A DNA stretch of 64,000 nt from Guillardia theta CCMP2712 (Eukaryota; Protista; Cryptophyta): assembly GCF_000315625.1 (NCBI RefSeq), contig NW_005434523.1, forward strand, positions 14,394 to 78,393, in the 5' to 3' direction. A model generated the notes under the pieces. It made no database searches, was not told the origin of the DNA, and was given only the letters and a program-made list of their open reading frames with translations. Every line of letters starts with the position of its first letter. Position 1 is the first letter of the stretch. Of the stretch, positions 26,146 to 38,688 are shown piece after piece. The translations under genes and the position numbers were made by a program.

Positions 26146-26384
26146 AGACGATGATAGTGCTAGCAAGCTCGAGGACTATGAGTTGATAAGTGAACGGATG
26201 GTAAGGCTTCAGCCCTGAGCTGCGTCTCGTTCCCCTACCTTCCTCCTTCTCCTGCTCCTCTCGTTTGGAGTGCATGTAGCTTTCATTCTCAGATGCAGTA
26301 TGCTTGATCCATATACAGCTCTATCCCTCCGACACTCCCGTATCCCTTGCATCTTTTGTCCCTGAAAACCTCCTCTTTCGCTCT

Positions 26385-27450
26385 CTAGCTCTCCCTCGCG
26401 TACTTCACGCTTACCCCCCTCCCCTCCCCGCCCCCCACGATCTCCTCCGGCGTCTCCCACCCTACCATCGGCAGACTCTCCTCGCTCCAATCGTCCTCCT
26501 CCCATGCCTCTGATGCGACCCAAAGCCTCCACTTCTCCGCCTGCTCCTCCTGCTGGTCCGCGTCGTCGTCAAGGCAGAGGGCCCATGCCCCCCGCTTACA
26601 CTGCGCCTTGTGCTGCTCGCGCGACTCGCCGGGTATCATCGTGAGGTCCGTGACCGTCTCCGACAGCTCTTGTTGGTCCGAGTCCTCGGGCGGCTCCCCG
26701 CCAGCACCCCACGCCTGACGTCCTCCCGTCTTGTCGGTCTCGCTGCCCCCCGACAGCGACGAGCACGTTGGCAACCATGGCGTCGCGTCATGCGGGGACG
26801 AGCAGAGGTCGTCATAGTCTGCTGGCTTAGTAGCGGCTGGGGCCTGCCTCTTGCTGCTGCGCTTCTTCCGGTACACCCGACGCGGCGCCTTGCTCCAGTT
26901 GGTCGTGATCTCCGCCCACGCCCGGTACCTCTCCCGGCAGCACTGCTCCAGCGCCTCCAGGCTCACGTCCGCCCCGAGCATCCACGCGAGCTGGCGGAGC
27001 TTGAGCCAGGCCTGCCGGAGCTCCTGGAGCTCGTGGGGGTCGTCGGGGTTCCTCCAGCGGCGGTTGGAGAAGAAGTAGCGCGCGCTGCCGCTCCTTGACA
27101 AGTCCGTCGCCTCCACCTTGTCGGGGAGGATGCAGCGGTCGCGGATCTTGGTGAAGCCGTTGTGCTCGAGGACCTTGTTGAACTCCACCTCCCTCACACC
27201 GTATTCTCCCATGACTTGGCTGTGCGAGCGGACGGCAGGCGGGATGCAGTCGCGGAGGGCGTCGTACATGGAGAGGCGGCCCTTGCGGGGGATGAAGAAG
27301 TGGCTGAGAGAAGGGACGGCGCGGGAGACCTGGGGCAGACAGGAGTCAGGCATGGGCAGGAGGAGGAGACAGGGAGAGGGAGGGGCATACCGCTTGGGCG
27401 AAGGCGAGGGCGACGGTCTTGGAGGCGGGGGAGGCAGAGGGCCGAACCAT
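26385..27450 (-). CDS. Putative winged-helix family, copy 1 (most divergent); intron 27330-27390
   Basis: Exon 1 MVRPSASPASKTVALAFAQA, phase-0 GTATG...CAG intron, conserved core, own acidic tail with GWETPEE. Confidence 0.85.
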
Positions 27451-27629
27451 TGTGCAGGATGGCAAAAGGAAGCTGGTTACGGAATGAAGTAACTCGTGAG
27501 GGTGTGTAGTAAAAACGGAACAGAACGGAAGGGTGCGGGAATGGGTCGATTGGTGGCCGCGAGTAACGTGACAGAGGCAGATTCAAGTAAAGAGCGATAT
27601 TTTCAGAAAAATAAATTCTGGTCATCGCC

Positions 27630-27651
27630 GAGATGCCGATGGTAACGTGAC
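27630..27651 (-). promoter_or_regulatory. 22-bp X-box-like motif upstream of copy 1
   Basis: GAGATGCCGATGGTAACGTGAC on +, 180 bp upstream of the ATG. A half copy (GTAACGTGACAGAGGCAG) lies at 27563. Confidence 0.7.
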
Positions 27652-28525
27652 AGAGGCAGAACGTCCAGTACACCCACCCCCTCCAGAGGCAGTACACCCT
27701 CCTTCATGTACCCCCCTTGAAAGCCTCCACCCCCCCTCAGACCTAGACCTGCCCTCTATCCGAGTCAGACCCAGGCTCCACTTGAAGCTCTTTAGGCCCG
27801 GAGGCTCCTGGTAGACTTGGATGTGTCGGAGTGGCTGATTATCGGTCCGGGCCCTTCGGCCGCCGCCCGGGACTCGCCCGGCCCGGGGACCGTTGGGCTG
27901 ACGAGTGCAAGACTGAGGTCGAATGACGAGTCATCCGATGATCAGTATCAGGACCCGCATCGGAACATCGACCACTTGAAACATGATCTCATCTTGCATG
28001 CCTGACAATATCAGAATCAGGCAAGAAGTATTCACACTATCCTTCCATGTCATGAGCATCCGCCATCACCGCCGCCGCGCTTTGCACTCTGCGGCTTCTC
28101 GAGTCAGTCGGAATCTTGAACTCATGCTGTGGGCATAACTTCACACAAGAGATGAAATGTTTGTGTAAAACTTCAATGTTAGAGATCTATGTTCATCGAC
28201 ATGAACACAGATAGTAGCTTCAAACTCTTCTCGAAAGGTAAGGACTCGGACCTCTACTCACCCCATCCGGCTCCGAGTCTTCGAGGACCCAACTTCAGAT
28301 GGGAATGGACACCCGACCCACATTCAAGTTGGACGGCAGGGACTTCACGATGCTCAATACAAGCAGCCGGAGGGCTCAAGACTGAATCGGGTCCACGAAG
28401 CCTCTCGTGTGTTATGACTGACTCTAGGCCCTGATTAAAGTGTTGTTGACTAGCGATGCGGGTACTGCTCCTTACTGCTTGAGCAACCTCTGGAGTGAAA
28501 TCAGCCGTACTGAGCAGATCTTAAC

Positions 28526-28778
28526 TAACTAGTCATTTTATTGTCACCCTCGCAGTCTACTCGTCTTGACTAGTTCTTTTCTTGTCACCATTGCTGTCTG
28601 TCTTGACTAGTTCTGTTCTTGTCACCATTGCTGTCTGTGTTGACTAGTTGTTTTCTTGTCACCATTGCTGTCTGTGTTGACTAGTTGTTTTCTTGTCACC
28701 ATTGCTGTCTGTGTTGACTAGTTGTTTTCTTGTCACCATTGCTGTCTGTGTTGACTAGTTCTTTTCTTGTTACCCTCG
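28526..28778. repeat. 37-bp minisatellite, about 6.5 copies
   Basis: TTGACTAGTT(G/C)TTTTCTTGTCACCATTGCTGTCTGTG at 28566, 28603, 28640, 28677, 28714 and 28751. Confidence 0.9.
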
Positions 28779-30389
28779 CGGTAGTCGTCGTTTCATTTAA
28801 ACTTGACAATCTCCTTACACCTCTTGGCTCTCCTTACAGCATATCATAACTGTCTTTTATGCACTAGCTCAACCTTCTTGAGTAAGACGAAAGCTCAGTC
28901 ACCTATAGAGAAGGGAGACTGATTCCTACGAGCTCTGACAGCATCTAATCCCATAATGCTGACACTCCTGGCGCTATTCAGGTATCAACGAATTGTTTTG
29001 CTGTCTCAGACGTTGAGCAAGATGAAGATAACAGCTGAGTGCTTTGAAACATTCAGCAGTTATTTCATGGTAAGATCCTGAATGCCTCTAAACATTCAGT
29101 AAGTGCCACCCGCGTCAGCAATGCCGTCTGGAATCTCTCAGATTCTATCTTACTTCTTGTTGCAGTGCTGGGGAATGTGGGGCTCATAGGGTTGTGGAGG
29201 GCGATATGCATCAGATTCTTTGCTTGCAGAAGGATAGAGACGAGAGGAGTTGAGGAGAGCTGAGAGGATACGTAGACAAGCTGCAGCTGCAGAGGAGTAG
29301 ACTATGAAGCAGGTTGAATAGAAGCACATAAGAAGAAGAGTATGCTACAGAAAGGATTGAAGCAAGTGGACGCGGTTGGAGGTCTGAGAAGAGACAAGGT
29401 GGAGGAGGAAGAGACATGGCGGAGAAGGAAGAGACAAGTCGGAGAAGGAAGAGCAGACGGAAGACTCTGAGACTTCATTTCCGCTCTCGTTTCTTCCGCT
29501 CTGTCCGGTTGTTTTATTCGAGAGCGTCAAGACGAGCAGATAGAAATAGCGACAATCAAACAATTTGGTCTGTAATAGTTCCCATTCGCTACCTCAGCTT
29601 TCCAAAATGACACATGCACCATCAAGACAGCCAGACAATTAAAACGTGAGCATGAAGGGCGTGAGTGAAGACAGCAAGGAGACTTGACAGTGAGATGTCG
29701 ATGTTGAGAGAGAAGGACAGAACGGGCAAGACAATATTTCACATGCTCCCCTCCCTACCTTCTTTTCAAATGGGTAGCAGACAAATGTAGAGGGAGGGCA
29801 AAAGGGCCAGGCAGAGCTGATATGAAGAGATAAATAACGCAGATTGGTGATCCCATCCAGTAGACCTTTCGATGAGCAACCATATCACGGTTTTCAGATG
29901 GGAAGTTTCGTTCGTTTGCGATGACGAAGGATTTATGGAAAATGCACACGAGAATACAAGAGGAGAGTCTGACGAATGGAGAGAAGGAAGAAGGAGAGAA
30001 AGGAGAATAGATCATAACGATCTTGTTAGCTTTCTTGCGCACCAAGTCATTAGCTGTGAAGTTGATCTCAGATTGTCGTGATGAATGTTCTCCACAAACG
30101 ACATGGAAAGGGTGGTTGTGACTAGACTAAGTAAAGCTTCATACTGTTCACAAGATCTGCACGTTAATGACAGATAGCATTCTTCAGGTTGAAATCACCT
30201 ACAGGAACCGCGTTAGAAACTAGCAAGGTTTCTTTGAGCCATTGTGTATCGTGGGCAAACAGGTTGAATCAATGAGCTGAGAATGAAGAAGAAAAGATTA
30301 TGCGACGAAATGGCACAAAGTTTTAAGAATCACACCTGAGGCAAGAGATGCGAGGGTGAGAGCAGACAAGAAAACGAGCGAGAAAAGAT

Positions 30390-31345
30390 AACGTGAACAA
30401 CGAGAGAGAAAGGAAAACGTGAACAACGAGAGAGAAAGGAAAACGTGAACAACGAGAGAGAAAGGAAAACGAAAGATTGAAAGAAGAAAATCAAATGAAG
30501 AGAAGAGGAGGGAAGTGAAAAAAAGACAATGCGCAGGATGTAATGAGAGGGAAGCAAGAGCGCTTTCAGTGGAAAAGTGACAAAAAAGGGAATAGGAAAA
30601 AGAGATCAACAGAGAGGACAAGGAGGGAATGAAAACGGCATTATAAAGATGATAGGAAATGGAAGCAAGATAAGTGCACAGAAATGGCCTTGCAAAACAA
30701 CAATTAAGTGGAGGAAAAATGCAGAGAAGAGCAGAGAAAAGGCGAGGAGGGAAGTGGAGAGGAGAGAAGCGACCACACGACACGAAATCAGAAGGGAAGA
30801 GATAAGGAGAGAGGAGAAGAGGAGAGGAGAGGAGAGGAGAGGAGAGGAGAGGAGGGAAGAGCAGGGAAGAAGAGAAGAGAAGAGAAGAGAAGAGAAGAGA
30901 AGAGAAGAGAAGAGAAGAGAAGGAAAGAAAAGGAAAGAGAAGAGAGAAGAGCAAAGTAGAGTAGAGAAGAGAAGAACTATCGAGTGGAAGAGACAGAAAG
31001 AAAGAGGTAGGAAACCAGGGGGAAAGAAGAGGAGAGGAGAGAAGAGAAGAGAGGAGAGGAGACAAGAGGAAAGGAGAGGAGAGGAGAGGAGAGGAGAGGA
31101 GAGGAGAGGAGGGAGAGGATAGAAGGAGAGTGAGGTCTATACAAGAGAGGAAAAGCGCAAGGAGGGGAAAGCAGAGCAGACATGAGAAAACGATTCAAAC
31201 GAATAAGATAGGAGACAAGAGAGGAGACAGGATAGGATAGGATAGGATAGGATAGGATAGGATAACAAGGGAAGAGGAGAGATGAGATGAGATGACAAGG
31301 GAAGAGGAGAGATGAGATGAGATGAGATGAGAGCGCAGAGCAAAG
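30390..31345. repeat. AG-rich simple repeats (AACGTGAACAACGAGAGAGAAAGGAA x3, GAGGA, AGAAG, GGATA, GAGAT)
   Basis: Direct reading. Confidence 0.85.
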
Positions 31346-32460
31346 CAGATCAGAGCAGAGGGGAGACAACACTCGAAAAGGGCTGCTAGGAAGTTCTAGA
31401 TGTAATACCTCCTCCTCCACCTGCTTCCTACCATCTGTCTTCTTGAAAGCAATTTCCCAGCTCCAGGCAACCCTGCACTCGAGGAGGCACAGGCAAATGT
31501 ACAGTAAAACCTTTTTCAATCTTTTACGAGAGCCCTAGCACAGCGAGCTCACCTCAGATTGGACCTACCCAAGGTAAGGGACAGCACTCAAGGCTAGGCT
31601 TGCTGACCTACTATACTCTATGCCCTCGAGAACGGGACTGCCTGAAGCCTACACCAGCAGGCTGCATGCCTGGCACTCTAGAGCCTCGCACAAGAATGGA
31701 TGACAGGCTCTTTGTTCGATCGATGACAGGCTCTTTGCCTGTGTTGCATCGAAGTGTTGCATCGAAGTGTTGCATCGATGTAGCTGATGCTGTTCCTGTG
31801 ATGCTGTTCCTGTATTCTCCCGTCAATGATAGGTAGCGACAGACTTGCAGGTGTCAGACATTGCTGCTTGGCGTTTGAAAATGAGGTTGCTGTAAAAGAT
31901 TCATCTCTCTAAATGAAGTCGCTGTCTACAACGCTTCATCTTTATATCACTGAAACCAAACTACAAAATTTGACACCAGGCGAGTTCAGCCTTCAGGGGT
32001 GGTCAAGGAAACCATCAAAGGTGGTCAGGTCCCATACGCACGAGCGATCTTGACTCGTGCGTCTCAGCTCACATCACAGAAAAGGCCAGAAGGTTTAAGG
32101 ACTCCTCCTCCATGACTCCCACACGCGATCATTACCGAAGGTTGTGTGTACAACAAGTATCCTCCTTTTGCGTTCCCTTCAGACATTCATGGTCCATCAC
32201 TCAGAAACCGTCAGCCCCTTGTAACTCGTGCAGATTGCAAACAAGGCTCTGAGAAAGATTGTTGTCTGAACCCGTCGCCACATACCTCGGCTGCCGTACA
32301 CCTTCCGACCTTTCAAGCTCTCGAGCAGCTTTTGCGAAAGAACACATTTGACTGGTTGGAATGACTCATGCTTGTTGCTCTAGTGCACAAGTGACAGACT
32401 GCCTACCAATCTTTATCAATCCAATGACAGAACCTCTCGTGCCTATGAAATGCCAAGGAG

Positions 32461-35400
32461 TGTAGGGAATCATCCCTCACGTCCTCGAGGTAGGAAGGGG
32501 GCGAGTCTCGCGGGTCATTTTGCCTGCGGGAGCCCGGCGCTTGTCGCGAGCCGGGGCTTGAAGCATGCAAGCAAGCGGGGCAGGCTGCAGAGGGTAGACA
32601 GAAGAAGGGGAAAGGGCGGGAAATGCATTTTTGTGCTGCTCACACAAAGCCCCTCCCTGCACGAGCTTGACGATCAGCCTCGTCCTTGGAGGCGGACTGC
32701 TTCGGCCTCTTCCCTCCAATGGCAAGGTGACTTATTTTCCCCATGACAAGAGCTCAAGAGACGGCGAGAAATCAACAGCACGACCATCATCCATGACACG
32801 ACGATACATGTAAAACACAAGACAAGACAAGTCGAGACATGAAGCATCGAGGGTCATACACCACGACAAGATGCCCAAGCATACGTGCAGGACACCATTG
32901 TAACGTGACAGAGTACAAGACCTCAACCCATGGCAAAGAGCAGAGGACACTATTCCAGTCTATCTTCCGCAGCAGCGACATACACAAGTCACCAGGAACG
33001 GAAGCAGGCAGGCAGGGAAGAAGAGGGGAGCAAGCAACTGGTCCAAGGGAGGGGTATGGTACCCAACCTCGTCCTCCTAGGCGAGGGCAGCTCCGTTGAT
33101 CTGTCCCCGTCGGTCCCTCTGGTGGTTGTGATCCGATGACAAGCCATGGGGATGAGAGTTTCAAGAGTGAAGCTTTGTCTCAACGAGAAGGTACTAAGGC
33201 GAGGGAAAACAGCAACCGAGATGTAGAGAAGCACAGAGACAGGAAAGGCCTATTTGTAATCATCCCACCACAGACGTGAGGGTGAGACATCAGGTCCCTC
33301 TGGACGCATGAGAGCTACTTCGTAAAAAAAACTGTTGAACAATCGGGGTCAAACATTCCGATCGTAACGTGACGGTCATTCTCAGAGCCTGCATGTGTGT
33401 GACCTGCTGACTGAACATCGCCGATCGCAACGTGATAGGAATGTCATGTCCCGCGAAGGAAGCATTGAAAGACTGACGAGCTGACGTTCATAGTGAGGAT
33501 CAATACTTCTAGTCTACCTTGAAACGACGGTGCGGATCTTGAGATGCCGATAGTAACGTGACCATAACTTCACAACGCAAACAAAAAGAGACAAGTCAGC
33601 AACCTAACGACAAGCTTGCGGACAGCTTCGCGACTCCCCTGGTCGACAAGTCGAAACATGGTCTTTCGTCCTCCTCTCTCCAACTCCTTGAGCTACCCAG
33701 GGGGTAGCTAAACTTGCAGCCATCGCAGGACACGAGGTTTATTTGCAATACAGCGTCAATCATGCTTGGTGGTGTCTTTGTTCTTGAAGGATAACGGAAG
33801 AGGAAATATAGAGATACCGTGAACAAACAGACATCAAGCATGCGAGCTTGCTTAGAATCAGAATCAAGTTTTGCAGGCGAAAACAACATAGAGAGCCAGC
33901 GGAGGAGGGGGAAAGGTCAGGGTCGAAGATCCAAGACCGACACGGAGAGGTAATGAGCCAGACTGCCATCTTGCTCAATCTCTGTCACGCTGTCACGTTG
34001 ATCAGGTTAACTTTATACTGAAACTCTTCAGTTCATCAAGGACACTGTGCTGTTGGCTGATGTTTTTCTTGACCGCAGCCCATCGATCAAGCTGTACAAA
34101 GCAGTTTTGGAGAGCAGGTCAGGAAACATGCACATGCTGTGCTGCGATGCTAGAGCACAACATTAGCAGGGCATCTTACTACAGCTCGCTGGGATCCCCT
34201 ACAGCAGCCGGCTCAGTGCAGCCAAGGCTGCCAGGCCAGACAAGGCTAGCTCGTCAGCCTGTCCAGCCTTGAGCGTGGCTCGAGGCCTGAGGGCTGCTGC
34301 AAGGTCGATTGCACGACGAGGTTGTCCGATGCCTGTGGCTCGCGATGGTGGGGTAGGGAAGGCGGTATGGAAGTGGAGACCATGAGACGTCGGCAAGCCA
34401 GCGCGGAGACTTTGAGGCAGAGGAGAAGGCTTCAAGCGACATACAAGTACCGATCATCGCCCCGAGCTTGTAGCCATATATGCCTAGAGAGCCTGCTCGC
34501 AGCCCTCATCTCACAAGGAGAGGCGGGATGCTTGCTGACCAGCTCCCGGCGCTTGAGAGAGGCATGATGAGGTACCACACAGCTCATTGACTGCTCATAG
34601 TTGACGATCACGTTACCATCGGCATTGGAAGTAAACTATGGTCTCGGATCTCATCAGGTCCGATGTGAGGGACGATCACGTTACCATCGGCATGGTTGAG
34701 TCAGCAGGTCACTGAGCCGGAGGTCGAGGAGAGCTGGAAGGGACGAGGATAGCGGTCACGGCATACTGAAGCGACCGTCAAGCCCGCGGCACGTTACGAT
34801 CGGCATCTGAGATCACGTTACCGTCGGCATGTTTGTCGCCAATATTGCCAGTGGTCTTTTTTCGACACTGGAGGGGGTGGTGCTTTCATGCTCCAGGAGG
34901 TAGGGGTAGGCTCAGATCGGAGGGGAACGACGGGGACAGATCAATGGAGCTGCCCTCGCCTAGGAGGACGAGGTTGGGTACCATACCCCTCCCTTGGACC
35001 AGTTGCTTGCTCCCCTCTTCTTCCCTGCCTGCCTGCTTCCGTTCCTGGTGACTTGTGTATGTCGCTGCTGCGGAAGATAGACTGGAATGGTGTCCTCTGC
35101 TCTTTGCCATGGGTTGAGGTCTTGTACTCTGTCACGTTACAATGGTGTCCTGCACGTATGCTTGGGCATCTTGTCGCGGTGTATGACCCTCGATGCTTCA
35201 TGTCTCGACTTGTCTTGTCTCGACTTGTCTTGTCTTGTGTTTTACATGTATTGTCGTGTCATGGATTATTGCCCATGGCGACGGGACACGTGCGTTTCGC
35301 CCCTCGGGCGAATCTGGCTTGCCTTCGCTTTCCAGACTGTGCATACGTAGAGCCATGCATCGATATCCGGCAGCAGCAACGATGTTTGGTGACGTACACA

Positions 35401-37970
35401 GCTCTGATTGGTGTGGCGATGTCATTCTAGAACGAGCAAGGATCAGGATCTCAGACACAAGACCGGACGCACAAGACGAGCCAAAGAGAGGAGCGAGAAG
35501 ACCACAAGCCAACACAAGCAGGCGAAGGCCAGGGTCTGAAGATGCACTCTAGGGTAGGACAATGCAGGAAAACGACATGACGCAAGCTTGCTGGTAGAGG
35601 CAACAGACCTACGCAAGATCCTCGCTCAGCTGCCGTCTCCGTCCCTCTTCGGCATGCTCTGACGGTAGCGCTGAGACGTCAGGCCTGAAGGGGTTAAGTT
35701 TATTAAAGTTAACCTGATCATCCTTCTTTCTCAAAGGCTCTCGAGCGCACGAGGACTAAGAGGCAGAGATGAAGCTTGTTCAGACAGCAACCTCATCTCC
35801 AATCCGACCATGTAGCAAACTTGGATTTCTCCAAGTCTTGACGAGAGAAAGTTTTCCAAGCGATGTCACGTTGATGCCATATGAACAGCACCTTTGTTTA
35901 TTGATAAGAGATTGAGCAAGATGGCAGTCTGGCTCATTACCTCTCCGTGTCGGTCTTGGATCTTCGATCCTGACCTTTCCCCCTCCTCCGCTGGCTCTCT
36001 ATGTTGTTTTTCCGTGCAAAACTTGATTCTGATTCTAAGCAAGCTCGCATGCTTGATGTCTGTTTGTTCACGGTATCTCTATATTTCCTCTTCCGTTATC
36101 CTTCAAGAACAAAGACACCACCAAGCATGATTGACGCTGTATTGCAAATAAACCTCGTGTCCTGCGATGGCTGCAAGTTTAGCTACCCCCTGGGTAGCTC
36201 AAGGAGTTGGAGAGAGGAGGACGAAAGACCATGTTTCGACTTGTCGACCAGGGGAGTCGCGAAGCTGTCCGCAAGCTTGTCGTTAGGTTGCTGACTTGTC
36301 TCTTTTTGTTTGCGTTGTGAAGTTATGGTCACGTTACTATCGGCATCTCAAGATCCGAACCGTCGCTTCAAGGTTGACATTCCTATCACGTTGCGATCGG
36401 CGATGTTGAGTCAGCAGGTCACACACATGCAGGGTCTGAGAATGACCGTCACGTTACGATCGGAATGTTTGACCCCCATTATTCAACAGTTGTTTTTCGA
36501 AGCGGCTCTCATGCGTCCAGAGGGACCTGATGTCTCACCCTCCCGTCTTTGGTGGGATGATTACAAATAGGCCTTTCCTGTCTCTGTGCTTCTCTACATC
36601 TTGTTTGCTGTTTTCCCTCGCCTTAGTACCTTCTCGTTGAGACAAAGCTTCACTCTTGAAACTCTCATCCCCATGGCTTGTCATCGGATCACAACCACCA
36701 GAGGGACCGACGGGGACAGATCAACGGAGCTGCCCTCGCCTAGGAGGACGAGGTTGGGTACCATACCCCTCCCTTGGACCAGTTGCTTGCTCCCCTCTTC
36801 TTCCCTGCCTGCCTGCTTCCGTTCCTGGTGACTTGTGTATGTCGCTGCTGCGGAAGATAGACTGGAATAGTGTCCTGCACGTATGCTTGGGCATCTTGTC
36901 GCGGTGTATGGCCCTCGATGCTTCATGTCTCGACTTGTCTTGTCTTGTGTTTTACATGTATCGTCGTGTCATGGATGATGGTCGAGAGGTGTTGCAGTCT
37001 GCTTGTCGCTGTCATGGCGTCTTGTGGCATGCTCTGCACTTGTTGTTTCTTCGCCCACGGTTCATCATCGGCACTTGCGCTGTTGGCTGCTGTCTTGCTT
37101 GACCGCAGCCCATCGATCAAGCTGTACAAAGCAGCTTTGGAGAGCAGGTCAGAGAACATGTACAAGCTGTGCTGCCATGCCGCTGGGACATGAAGCTCTT
37201 GGCTTAGCACGTGCACTAGGCATATGCGGTATGGTCGACAGCAAGTCTGTCGAGCTTTGCAAGTAAACCTCACACATCCTACCCTTCCCTTGTGTACCGC
37301 CCAGTGCACGCCCTCTCCCCTCCTTCTGTCTACCCTCTGCAGCCTGCCCCGCTTGCTTGCATGCTTCAAGCCCCGGCTCGCGACAAGCGCCGGGCTCCAG
37401 CAGGCAAAGCAACCCGCGAGGCTCGCTCCCTTCCTACCTCGAGGACGTGAGGGATGATCCCCCACAGCAGCCGGCTCAGTGCAGCCACAGACAAGGCTAG
37501 CTCGTCAGCCTGTCCAGCCTTGAGCGTGGCTCGAGGCCTGAGAAAGCACGACGAGGTTGTCCGATGCCTGTGGCTCGTCGCTGGACACTCGGAGGCGGAC
37601 TCGGCACGACCTTACAGGCGTGGTGTAGCGTAGCACAAGGCCTGGGCCTGACGCTCCTCTGCTCGTGGCCTGCGTGTGCCCATCACGTGACCATCAAGCT
37701 CGCGATGGTGGGGTAGGGAAAGGCGGTATGGAAGAGGAGGTTTGGATCAGCAGGCAGAGGGAGTGGAGGCGATGGCTGCAGGTAGCGATGCTGACGATGA
37801 GACGTCGGCAAGCCAGCGCGGAGACTTTGAGGCAGAGGAGAAGGCTTCCAGCGACATACAAGTACCGATCATCGCCCCGAACTTGTAGCCATATATGCCT
37901 AGAGAGCCTGCTCGCAGCCCTCATCTCACAAGGAGAGGCGGGATGCTTGCTGACCAGCTCACGGCGCTTG
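32461..37970. repeat. Mosaic of inverted and direct segmental repeats rich in the 22-bp motif
   Basis: 32461-32610 is inverted to 37316-37466, and ~32782-33982 is inverted to ~35908-36983. A third partial copy lies at ~34925-35263. ~34020-34556 is repeated directly in pieces at ~37075-37970. Confidence 0.85.
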
Positions 37971-38311
37971 ACAAACGAGTTGCTGACGCAAGCAATGTAT
38001 TCCAATGGTCTCAACAATGTCTCTAAAAGACGTCTGGTAGTCCGCTACGTAAGCATCCTTGTCTTCTACAGTTGCGTTTATGTTGTATTCGTCTTCTTCT
38101 TTTTGTCTACTTGACTCTTTCTGCGTTGTCTCCTCCGCCACTCTGCGTCTCTTGAGATCTTGCTCTTTGCTCGTCCTCTTGTAGTCTGCTCTTCGTCTCT
38201 AGTCGTCTTGGATCAAGCTCTGGACTTCTACCCTTGTGAGTGCCCCGATGCTTTCGTCTGCTGACGCATCGGTCTTGCCTATCTCATCTTCATCTCCTCA
38301 GGTGACCTCTA

Positions 38312-38688
38312 CTTCGTGCCTGGTCATGACTCTTGCTCGTCTTCGTGCCTGGTCATAACTCTTGCTCGTCTTCGTGCCTGGTCATGACTCTTGCTCTTCT
38401 TCGTGCCTGGTCATGACTCTTGCTCGTCTTCGTGCCTCGTCATGACTCTTGCTCGTCTTCGTGCCTGGTCATGACTCTTGCTCGTCTTCGTGCCTGGTCA
38501 TGACTCTTGCTCGTCTTCGTGCCTGGTCATGACTCTTGCTCGTCTTCGTGCCTCGTCATGACTCTTGCTCGTCTTCGTGCCTCGTCATGACTCTTGCTCG
38601 TCTTCGTGCCTGGTCATGACTCTTGCTCGTCTTCGTGCCTGGTCATGACTCTTGCTCGTCTTCATGCCTGGTCATGACTCTTGCTCTT
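38312..38688 (+). repeat. 29-bp minisatellite, about 13 copies
   Basis: CTTCGTGCCT(G/C)GTCATGACTCTTGCTCGT. Confidence 0.95.

Noticed and set aside
28816-29230. Possible small exons with GT-AG introns
   Set aside because: No consistent frame or recognisable protein could be assembled.
30298-31519. Long Leu/Ser or Arg/Glu ORFs (also 21.1-21.8 and 23.7-24.6 kb)
   Set aside because: AG/CT simple repeats lack stop codons by composition.
33596-36294. Duplicated ~97-aa and other short ORFs in the 32-40 and 52-54 kb repeats
   Set aside because: Identity reflects DNA duplication. There are no recognisable domains, and many start at non-ATG codons.
33355-36470. Motif-plus-spacer runs as a CRISPR array
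   Set aside because: Only 3-4 degenerate repeats per run, irregular spacing and no cas genes. Kept instead as a binding-site cluster hypothesis.
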